Part shown: positions 44,714 through 54,700 of the stretch, in pieces
Numbering within the stretch: the stretch's first letter is position 1
Layout of the letters: each line of letters starts with the position of its first letter
From: Setoptus koraiensis
Taxonomy: Eukaryota; Animalia; Arthropoda
Length of the DNA stretch: 64,000 nucleotides
Direction: 5' to 3'
Assembly: GCA_048013815.1 (NCBI GenBank)
Contig: CM106585.1
Coordinates: 11,904,001-11,968,000, forward strand
Position numbers and translations under genes: made by a program
The notes under the pieces: model-generated
What the model saw: the letters and a program-made list of their open reading frames with translations, nothing else
Told to the model about the DNA's origin: nothing
Databases searched by the model: none

Positions 44714-47700
44714 GAGCAGATTACGTCACAAATCGTATGATATCTGATAGATATTCTCTCGATATTCGATACAGCCTGCAGATGTTTTGAACGCTAAGAG
44801 ATTGGTGCCTGAAAGACAAGATTCACAGGATCAGATGATTGCGCCCACAAACATATAAGCAGAATGATTGGATTGCTCTCAAAAATTTATCTGCAGCCTC
44901 GTCTATTATAATCGGCCACCATTCATTTGTACAGATGAATGATTCCGATATCACCCGCGATTCCTAGGATTTCTGGAAATGAATCTGGCGTGAGACTCTC
45001 ATAAGCCGCTCTAACAAGCATGCATGTCATCAGTTAAATCGGCGTTAGTTTTGGATTTTTTCGACGGCTCTGCTATCGATCTCAGAGCCTCTTTTTTCTT
45101 TTTTTTTCTTCTTTCCGAGCCTCCAATCCCAGGGTCCCAATCCTTTCATAGCTATAGCTTGCCCATAGCGAATTTTCATTGGTTTGCGTGTGGTCCATCT
45201 ATTTGAGGCATGACATTTCGTCAGAAATAGATGAGGAAGATGTTTGTTTTAATTAATGAGTCGAGTGTTCATTCGAAGAGACGAATCAAAACAAATCGTG
45301 CTCAACCACAGGTATGTGATGATGAGGGCAATTCTCTCGAATCAATAAGGAGAAATTAAGGAGAATGGTCCGGAGCGATGTTCCATTTTGTAAATTATTT
45401 CTCTAAAAATAATAAGCATTTATGTCGTTACTTACTCGTTTTTAGCTGGATCGTATGCTTCAACTTTATCCGAATATTCTAAACCTATTCTGTCCGTAAA
45501 ACCTCCAACTGCAAAAATGAGTTGATTCAACACGACCAGACTGAGACCGGCTCTTGCCTCGCACATGGGTGCTATTGGCTCCCATTTATCTTCTCGGGGA
45601 TCGTACCTCTCGCCGGAACTCAGGAGGGTCCTGTCGCCCCGTCCCCCTACGACGTATATGTAGCCGTTGTATGTGACGCATCCGAACAAACTGCGTGCGG
45701 TTGTCATCGGCAAGACGAACTGCCAATGATCGGGGCTATCCAGGCGTTCAACTGATGCAAGAACGTGGTCCCTTTCGGTTTCTCCACCGATAACGTATAT
45801 GCGGTCATTCAGAGTGGCAACACCAAAGTCGTATCTGCGATATTTGGGATATTGAAATTCCAACCAATCATTGGTGAGTGGTCGGTACAATTCAGCGGTC
45901 ATATCACGGTTCTTTTCTGTACCTCCGATGACACATATATTGCCTGCTACTATTGCTGCGGCCGGTTTGCGTCGGGCCGATTTCAGCGGTGGCATGCGCG
46001 TTTTTCTTTTGGAAAATACGTCGTAGCAAGCTATTTTCCTGTGATTCCGGTAGATCCGTGAACTACCAGTAAAGTATATGATATTGTTTGATTCGATAAC
46101 CGTAAGTAGGTTATCTCTCGTAACCATTGGAAGTTCCGTCACCGTCCACTTGTCTTCATTGGGATCATATCTTAGGGTAGGTTTACCTTCTCCGAAGTAA
46201 TACAAACACGTAGGATGAGGGCACTCAAGTGAATAAAATGAGCGAGCATTACATGCGACAAAGCTAGCAGCACGATGATTTTGCGCTTTGATTACGTATT
46301 CTAGACATCGCTGGTTTGATAGGATAATTGGATCACAAGCGACTCTGTCCATTTCCGACGCGCTCATCTCGGTCAGTCTAATTTTTTCAAACAGATCAGC
46401 AAAATGTTCTGACTTGTTGCTGTGAGTGATCCACTTCTTGACAGTCTCAAACACAGCATATTCTGATTCTGCGACCAATCTGTCATCGCCCACGAACTCG
46501 AGCATTTGTTCCACTGACAATAGCGCAAATTGATCGTCCTCCAAATCGGGCAAATTTCTCAAGATGTATCTTTCGGTTGCATGAGTGAGTTCCACAATTT
46601 TGTATCTATCACCAAGGGCAAGTGTATCAACACAATTAGATGGATCTAAATTTTCCACCAGATGATGGATGCATTTTCGCTCTAACGGCCCTATTTGCAT
46701 TATGAGAGCTGCCTCCAATAACTCGAGAACGTTCTCATCGTTTACTTCTGTTTGGTGCGTATAAACATAATCTCTCACCTGTTGAACAATTCCGAATGGT
46801 ATCTGGTGTATGACCGCTTTCGATTCTATTGATTCCTTGTAGCCGCTCGTTAGCATGGATCTGAAATAAGGCGTCGCCGCAGCGAGGACACATCGGTGCG
46901 CCGGGATCGTTTTACCCTCGACCATCAGCGTAAAATCAAATGTCGCCCCGCGTGTGAGAATGTTTTTTCCACATAAATGTCTCAAATCCTTTAGGTTCGT
47001 CATATTGAAGCGTTGGTATAATTGCAAAACTATTGGTGGTCTGCAGCAGCACCATTTTCTTCGCTGTTTATATTCGTTTTGTAACAGTTTTTCTGGACAT
47101 CTCACCTGTTCATGCATTCAAGTGACGAGTACACGTGTTTTTCGGCGCGAGCGGACTCATTGACCATTCATTTTTCCCGTTTGAGATCGTGTAGATAGGC
47201 ATTCGCGCCATCGATGGTCACTCGCTCACACCGTATGAGTCACTCGCTCACATCGTGTGAGTCGTCACACTGCAAATCAACGAAAATCCAACAGCGCCGC
47301 TCTAGCGGATACCCAAATAAATTCAGCGGGGGACGAAGTGGACACGCAAGAAGCTGGAGCTCAGCACCGAAAACAGAGACCAAAAGTTCAAAATTATTAT
47401 TCAAAATTATTTCCTTGACCCTTCATTTAACGTCGTACCTGGAGCTGGAAACTGCCAGCACCATCACGAACCACATGGCTACGAGGGCCGACACAACTAA
47501 CAGGCCGAGAATCGATCCCATCTGAGCGCCCCATGCTACATTTGTGTCAGTGTTGGCGACTCCGCTGCCATAACTGTCCCCAACTAATTTAAATTCATTT
47601 TCGCCCCGTTCCAGGTCACTGTTGATCGATTGATCCAGGGATTTGTCTCCAAACGACACTTTGATATATTTCGCCATTGACCCCACACCCAAACGCTTGA

Positions 47701-48209
47701 GTAGCCAACTTTTCAGCCCTGCCGAGTTAGTGTAGCACTGCACATCGTCATCAAATCTGCCGAAATTTTCCTCTTGCTCGTACCTATGAGCTTGTCTCCG
47801 TGTATGACCGTTTTTCTCCCTGACAACATCCAGTGTCACCATTTGCTCGGCCTCTTTGTCCAATTTGAGCGAGCTCTCTTGCTCCAGGTCCAGCTTCGCT
47901 TCAACCACGAGGATACCCTGGCAATATTGCACTGCTCCAATCCATTTTCTCACTATTTCGCTATCGCCTAGCTCGCCATCAATTGTATCGGCACTGTTTC
48001 GAGCAAAATAACCTTTCCAAGCCAATCTGGCGATGGCATAGAGGGCGCTCTGAGCGTACTCATCGATCAATCTGCAAGCTTGTTTTGTTTTGGCGAACTC
48101 GTTGAACACATTCTCAGAATTCATTGTCACACCAATGGATATCTCGGCGTCGTTTCGAGGTTTCAACGAATCAAACACGACGAGATTCTCCACTCTGTCG
48201 GGGACACTT
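44658..48209. repeat. Segmental duplication copy B (likely ancestral; continuous with the intact neighbouring gene)
   Basis: Aligns to 40829-44248 and lacks the RINT1 insertion and the deletions. Confidence 0.93.
45045..47003 (-). CDS. BTB-BACK-Kelch (KLHL family) protein, copy B, 573 aa; exons 47003-45436 and 45198-45045
   Basis: Same architecture as copy A, with an identical 237-nt phase-2 intron (45435-45199). The frame is open to an upstream ATG at 47117, so a longer N-terminus is possible. Confidence 0.9.
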
Positions 48210-48838
48210 GGTGTATATTTGACAGCTAAAGTGATTAGCTTGCGCACAACAGTGGAAAGATATCTGGCCTTTCCGCCATCAACAGGTTCATCATTTTTTC
48301 CAGATGACAAACTTACGATCCTCTCAATAGCTCTGCTGACCTGGACGTTCTCCTCTGCTAATTGAAGCTTGCCCGTCAGCGTCTTTTTGCACTCCAGAAC
48401 CACTTGTCCGACAAACAATCGAAAAAATGGCATTAACCTGTGCTCTTGTTGGTGCTTGAAATAGCCCCCCGAAGGGCTTGCATTTACTCCGATTTGTCTG
48501 TCGTACTGGAGCAGTTTTTCGGTGAATTCCGGCTCACAAACTGAGTGAATTCTAGACGCTTGCTCAACTAGTTCGCGGAGCACTCTAACATCCATCTGTC
48601 CTTCCACACTTTGCAGGCAAGTATTGATCGCGATTTTCTGTTGTTCCTCCATGGAGTTGTCAGCATTTTCTGGCACCAATCTGCTCGCCAAGTCCAGAAA
48701 ACTAGCTATCGTATCTATTTTCTGGGTCGCTTCAACGCATTGTTCTTTCGTAAGTGTCCCTGTCTCGCCACAGACAGTGCAGATGAATAAAACTAATGCG
48801 CCGAAATTGACTAGACATATCAACAACGAGTTATTCAT
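47423..48838 (-). CDS. Orphan signal-peptide plus C-terminal TM protein, paralog 1 (471 aa)
   Basis: Signal peptide MNNSLLICLVNFGALVLFICTVCG, a Cys-containing helical ectodomain and a C-terminal hydrophobic helix. It aligns along its length with the 49654-51123 product. Confidence 0.85.
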   Translation of the reverse strand: MNNSLLICLVNFGALVLFICTVCGETGTLTKEQCVEATQKIDTIASFLDLASRLVPENADNSMEEQQKIAINTCLQSVEGQMDVRVLRELVEQASRIHSVCEPEFTEKLLQYDRQIGVNASPSGGYFKHQQEHRLMPFFRLFVGQVVLECKKTLTGKLQLAEENVQVSRAIERIVSLSSGKNDEPVDGGKARYLSTVVRKLITLAVKYTPSVPDRVENLVVFDSLKPRNDAEISIGVTMNSENVFNEFAKTKQACRLIDEYAQSALYAIARLAWKGYFARNSADTIDGELGDSEIVRKWIGAVQYCQGILVVEAKLDLEQESSLKLDKEAEQMVTLDVVREKNGHTRRQAHRYEQEENFGRFDDDVQCYTNSAGLKSWLLKRLGVGSMAKYIKVSFGDKSLDQSINSDLERGENEFKLVGDSYGSGVANTDTNVAWGAQMGSILGLLVVSALVAMWFVMVLAVSSSRYDVK

Positions 48839-49653
48839 CTTTCTCTGCGGGATTTTGCTTCGTTCCTAATCAAGATAATCAAATAAAACAAACTCTGGTT
48901 GAATTTCGCTCTAAGGCACCAAGCTGAGCTCAGTAATTCTATCCATGCTTCCTCGAGTATCAGCACAGCTAAGCGTTCTTTCGGCGAATGAATCTAACAC
49001 TTTCTATACTGGATCCAAATCTATTTTTGGTCTAAAACATGAGGACTGCCTAATGTCCTTTTCGAATGTCAATACATGATGGCAACATTTAATATGCTTT
49101 ACTTTTTAAACTATCGGTATCGCAGGGGTCGACTCAATGCACAACAATCTCGCATCGTAAAATAATTGTGATCGCGCCTACGCTTGTCATTGTTTCGAGG
49201 CGCAACTAATGGAATCATCGTCGATTTGGCTCTGACTAACAGTTTTTTCGCCGACCCCATTCAAGCCTTGGAAATTCGGTCGCTGCTTCTCGAACAGACT
49301 TACTTCACCTTACGTCGAAAGGGATGCGGACTTAGACCCGCATCCGATAGCTCTGAACGAATTGACGCAAAAAAAGAGGAGACAGCTTTCAGACAGTTTA
49401 GATCTGGAAACGTCGAAAGCGTGTACTTTCGACTCATCACAACTAATTTTTTCATCTCGAGAGAGATGCAAAATTCAGAACACAGCGCTTGCACGCGGAT
49501 AAATATTCAGATATACTGCGTCAGATATATTTCATTCAGACAGGAGATGTCTCATGAAAACGATATCAGTCTTCTGCCGGTAGTCAATGATCGAAAATCA
49601 GTGCTCGGTGCATCGATCCGCTGCGATTTCGCGCATTTGCCTGCGAACACATC

Positions 49654-51123
49654 CTAACCCATTTTGTTCCACAAATAACTCAATCCCATGCCAGCGACGA
49701 AAACAAAAAGTATACAACCTATGGCCGCGGCGAAACCAATTCCTATTTCGGCACCTGGTGAGCCACCCAAATATGATACATGATGTGCTGCCATTCCATG
49801 ATGATGGCTAACAAAGTGAGCTGTAGTGTGACTAAAGACACCGCCAGACGCGCCCGAAGTGGCCCCACCAAATCGCACCTCACCTTCCGGATCTTCCAGA
49901 TCATTGAGCATTGTTTGCTTATAAGATTCGTCCATAATTGATAGCTTGACGTTCTTGGCAATCATGCGTTCTTCCTTGCCCAAGCGTCTCGCAAACCAGC
50001 CCCTCAGACCCTCGGAATAAGTGTAACACTTGATGTTTGAGTCAAACTCAGCGACCGTATCGTGGATTTCTTCGTACCTATGCACTGAGCTCTCTTGTTT
50101 GCTGATTGCTCCATTTTGTTGATCTCTGCTTAGCTCAACAGACACAATCTGTTCGTCGTTGAGAATATCATTGAATTTGACCAGACTCTCTTGTTCCAAA
50201 TCTGCTCTGGCCTCAACAATGAGCACACCTTGACAGTATTGCACCGACGTAATCCATTTATGGAGGCGCGCATCACCATCTAATTGTGTCTCTAGTGCGT
50301 CTCCATCATTGCGAGCCATATAGCCCCGCCAGGCAAGTCTTGTTATGCCATAGATGGAACTTTGAGCGTACTTGTCGATCAAATCGCAAGCCTTCCTTGT
50401 CTCTACGAACTCTTCTAGCTTCTGTTCCGAATTCACTATCATTAGCATTTTAATCACTGTGTCCGGCTTGGGTTTCAGCGATTCGATGAGCAACAGATTC
50501 TCCACTTTGGAGAATAACGACAATGATAGCCATGATGCTACTGGCAATTGCTCGAAATTTTCTCCATTTTTGTGTATCTCGGTGTTGCGCGTCGACAGCT
50601 TGAATGTTCTCTCAATGGCTCTGGCCACATCAGCGTTATTTTCTGCCAATTCCAGCTTCTTGGACAACGATCTCTTACATGTCACCGCCACTTGTCCGGC
50701 GAACAGTCTGAAAAAATACAAAAATCTATGCTTGTGTTTGCGCTTCAGATATTTACTACGGCTGACATTGCCTTTGATTTGTCTATCGTATTGCAACAGT
50801 TTGTCGATAAATTGCGGCCCGCAAACGGATCCAATTGTGGAGGCCTCCTCCACCAAACTCCGAAACACTCTGACATCGGTCTGGCCGTCTACACTTCGCA
50901 GACACTTGTTGGCCAGTGTGATCGCCTTATCGTTGAGTTGCGCTTCTGGCGGCACCAATACATTGGCCAGATCTAAAAATCCAGACAAAGTCGGAGATTT
51001 ATTTATTTTCTTGATCTTTTCCACACATCGGCTAACTCCAAAACTGTCACCGTGAGCGAATAAAAATCCACCGAAATAGATCAGGCAAATCAACAGCAAA
51101 CTGTTCATGTTCCTCATTCGCAT
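49654..51123 (-). CDS. Orphan signal-peptide plus C-terminal TM protein, paralog 2 (489 aa; probable start at 51108)
   Basis: Signal peptide MNSLLLICLIYFGGFLFAHG. It shares the blocks FLDLA..LVP, KLLQYDRQI, FFRLF.GQV, YCQG.L.VEA..DLEQES and CYT.S.GL..W with paralog 1 and ends in a Gly-rich TM helix. Confidence 0.85.
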   Translation of the reverse strand: MRMRNMNSLLLICLIYFGGFLFAHGDSFGVSRCVEKIKKINKSPTLSGFLDLANVLVPPEAQLNDKAITLANKCLRSVDGQTDVRVFRSLVEEASTIGSVCGPQFIDKLLQYDRQIKGNVSRSKYLKRKHKHRFLYFFRLFAGQVAVTCKRSLSKKLELAENNADVARAIERTFKLSTRNTEIHKNGENFEQLPVASWLSLSLFSKVENLLLIESLKPKPDTVIKMLMIVNSEQKLEEFVETRKACDLIDKYAQSSIYGITRLAWRGYMARNDGDALETQLDGDARLHKWITSVQYCQGVLIVEARADLEQESLVKFNDILNDEQIVSVELSRDQQNGAISKQESSVHRYEEIHDTVAEFDSNIKCYTYSEGLRGWFARRLGKEERMIAKNVKLSIMDESYKQTMLNDLEDPEGEVRFGGATSGASGGVFSHTTAHFVSHHHGMAAHHVSYLGGSPGAEIGIGFAAAIGCILFVFVAGMGLSYLWNKMG

Positions 51124-51793
51124 GCTGAGAATCTTATCTTAGTCCAGGCGCTCTGTTTTTCGATGATCAATTAGCAAATGTCGGAAACTGTTCTCGGCAT
51201 ATGGATCGTAGAAAGAAGCAGAGGAATGCTCGGAAAATCTATTTGCGATGTGTGTCGCGACCGTGCTTCAGCAAGTTTTTCGAGTGACTATCACAATTTC
51301 AATCGCAAAACACTTCTATTTTTGGATTGGATCAGACCTCCCTGGTCGCTCACTTTTTCGTGCCATTCTTTCGGGTCTTCCGGCAACACATTCAGGCAAC
51401 ACATTCACATGCCGCCAGCTACGACAACATACTAGTATTTCAATATATTTCCCTATTGTGATAAACTCTGGCTCGAGCCAACAACTAATTCTGTCTGGCA
51501 ACGTCAACAATGGATCGCTTTTAGGTGATGTTTATTGTTGATCTAATAATCGCTTCTTTCTATTTTACAATTTATTCGGATATTTTTATGCCTGGCTATC
51601 CAACCAGTGATATTTTATCTATTCGTTCTTGTCCTTGATCTACAATTAGTATCGAAACAGACAATTATTGTCACTAATTCAATTATTATATTTATGTTTA
51701 TTATTGGTTATTGTGTCGCCGTCTATCAGGGTGCTAAACAACAATTTGATCAATTTATTTGTAACATAGACATCGTATTAAGCAATCCATTGA

Positions 51794-54700
51794 TTAGTTA
51801 GTCCAATAGTAGTTGGAATAATGAGAAGGTATGTAGCTAGGCGGAGTGACCTGCTGTTGGGGCGCCAGCTGATGGTGGTGTTGTTGTTGTTGCAGAGACG
51901 GTTGTTGCTGCTGCTGTTGTTGCTGTTGTTGCTGTTGTGAGTGTTGTTGTTGTTGTTGTGGGTGTTGTTGTTGCTGGTGGTGGTGGTGGTGGTGATTGTG
52001 TGGGAGTGAATTTTGTGCGACACTCGTGGCGGCCTTCCTCTGCCTGGCGCGTCTATTACTGAACCAAATTTGGACCCGATTCTCTGGCAATTGTGTCCTC
52101 TGAGCGAGCTTCTCTCTAACCTCGACATTGGGATATTGTTCGCGCAAAAATTCCTTCTCGAGCTCGTCTATTTGTTTGGGCGTAAATGATGTGCGCGATC
52201 GTCGCTGTTTCGCTTGCTCTCGTTTCTCCCGAGTGCTAAGACCGTCGTTGGTGTTTGTGTCGCTGGCCGTATCATCGGCCTGACCGTTGTCGGTTTCGTC
52301 GTCGCCGGTGGCGTTGTTGTCCGCCAGGGCGAGCGCATCGCCACTGTTGTCCGTGTCATTGTTGACGATGTCACTGTTGCTGTGATTGTGATTGTTGTTG
52401 CTGTTGCTGCTGTTGTGATTATTTTGCTGCCCCTGGTGGCCGTAATCGGCCTGGTCGGCGGCGCCCAACAACAGGTTACCGGCAACAGGTTGCGGGTCAA
52501 GCGGGTGCTGATATGCGGTCGTCGTGGTCGGTTGTTGCTGTTGTGCGCCGGTCAGTTGTTGCGCGCCCGGTTGTTGCTGTTGCGCCGCCAGTAGGTGGTG
52601 CTGCTGATGGTGATGAAGCGGATGGTGCGCGCCCGGGTGAGCGCGCCCGTGGCTGTGGGCATGGTGCAGTTGCTGGTGGTGGTGGTGGTGGTGGTGATAA
52701 AATTGATGGTGATGCTGGTAGCCTATAAAATGTGATTGCCATTTAATGATCGCCATACCAAACGGGCCAATCGATCGGTGCGGATCGCGTCAATCGATCG
52801 GTGCGGATCGGGCCAAACGAAGTGGCGTCGGGACGGCGCAGGCCGGCGACGGGTGCGATGAGAGGAGAGATGGAGGTTAGAGCGAGATTTGAGTGTGTCG
52901 AGATTGAGTGTGCTGTGCTATGCGGTTCGTGCGGATCGAGTGTGTTTGCCGGCTGGGCGCGGCCCGCAGTGTCGGCCCGACCGGCACGGTGTCTAATGGT
53001 CTGTTTGGGCGCTGCCAGCTGACCAGTTGTGTCGCTGGCGGCGGCGCCGCCGCTCGTTGTTTGTGCGCGCTGCTGACACGTTAATTATTCAAATCACGGC
53101 CAACACTGGCCGTGATTTGTGATTTGAATACTCATCATCAGGTAGCAAAGGTGCGTTGGCGTGTTGTCGTGGCTGGCCCGTCAACTGACCAGCGGTCAAT
53201 TGGCGGCTGTAACGGCCGCGCGTGCGTGTGTGTGTGTGTCACCCATGGCTAGTTGGTGCCACTTGCCCACTTGTTTGCTGGCGCTGCTTTGTTTTCGCTG
53301 GCCCGCAACTGTCTTTCGGCGGCCGCGCGCTAATGATCCCAAAGAGAAGCCGTTGCCGCTGCGCTCTGTCCGCTCTGTCCCGTCTGGCCGCTCGCCGGGC
53401 TCGCGGACAAACCAATCGCGACCGGCAGCGGACGAGCGGCCGGTCCGGCGTGTTTGTTGTGTCAGTCGTGGCAGCTCGCGCTGTCCAACAGCCACCAGTA
53501 CAAAGCCAAAAACAACAAACATCCTAGGGGAGAGTTAATCTCCTCAAGGTGAATTCGCCGCCGACTAACTGTACTAATCAACGCGGCTCGGGTGACAGCC
53601 CAGCGCTGTGTACCCTATAGTGCGCATGCTTTATTGTCGGGGCGCTGGGTGCGAGCGGGCCGGCCGCTGCGGCCATCTCCGCGTCGAGCCCCCGCGGTCG
53701 CCTGCGATCACCGGGGCCGGACTCGCGGCCCGACTCGAAGCGCAAGTCGAGCGGCGACCCGAAATCGCGCGAGCGGCCCGAAATCGCGCGAGCGGCCCGA
53801 AATTGCGACCGATGCGACACCGCGTCACGATCTCGGCTGCGGCCTCACCTGTGCCCGGCGCCCCGACAATAAAACATGCGCACTATCCGGCCCGGCAATC
53901 GCAGGCGACCGCGCGTTGGGGCCCGATCTCATCTGGACGCAGCTCGTGGCGTCATATGGCACAGTGCACGGTGGCACATATGGTCTCGTTTATCTGGCCG
54001 CACAATTGTGCCAATGGGCCGCCGGTGCGCGGCGACACTTGTTCACCGTGTGGCCCGTCCAATTAGCGCCCGCGATAGTGTTCCATCAAGTGGTCAGCGA
54101 CCCCTCGTGTCGTTAAGCGGCGAACGTTCATTAAGATTTGTGACAGTGTTCTGGTTGAGTGGGCCTTTTGGGTCAGCGGACGGGCTGGACATGTTGCAGT
54201 GATAAACACTTTAATTAGCGCCGGGCCAGCCGGCCCGTTCGGCCGCACATTCGGGCCGAACGGGCGCGACAAATGATCGCGTTATAGGCGCTAATCTGTC
54301 GTGTTCTCACGCGCATTGTTTCTCGTTGTCGTGGCGAGCGTGCGACTGGCCAGAGGCCAAATAAACTAGATCTGGGGCTGCGTCGAAGCGTCGAGCGTCG
54401 AAGGTTCGAGCGTCGAAGAATCGAAGCAGCGCAAAATCGAACGCCGAACGCCGAACGCCGAGAAGTCGAACGCCGAACGAAGCAGCGAAGAGCTGATTGA
54501 GTGGACGATGATTTACTTGTTGTCACTACTGTTTTGCGTGCCGGTTGCACCCAATTCGAGCCGGCTCTCGACCGTCTCAACGGTCGAGCGAGCGGAGCGC
54601 CCGCGAGGGCGACCTTTCGACCGCTTGGGCCGACGCGTCGCGTCCAAACAGACAGATTGGCCCAAATCGGTTGCCGGCGGCCCGAAATAAACACCTTGTT

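Noticed and set aside
43738-47525. Duplicated 103-aa ORFs (43738-44049 and 47214-47525, + strand)
   Set aside because: They lie antisense to the secreted-protein 3' end and the Kelch promoter. Their similarity reflects the segmental duplication, not coding constraint.
40829-48209. Duplicated segment interpreted as a transposon or LTR pair
   Set aside because: No terminal inverted repeats, TG..CA ends, primer-binding site, or transposase/RT coding sequence. The repeat consists of host genes.
49184-49657. 157-aa plus-strand ORF between the orphan paralogs
   Set aside because: TTG start with an in-frame stop just upstream and no recognisable motif.
37220-51123. Horizontal transfer or bacterial contamination suggested by dense intronless genes
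   Set aside because: RINT1, KLHL, HACD, ORC1, NUS1 and RSL24D1 are eukaryotic proteins, and several genes carry canonical GT-AG introns.
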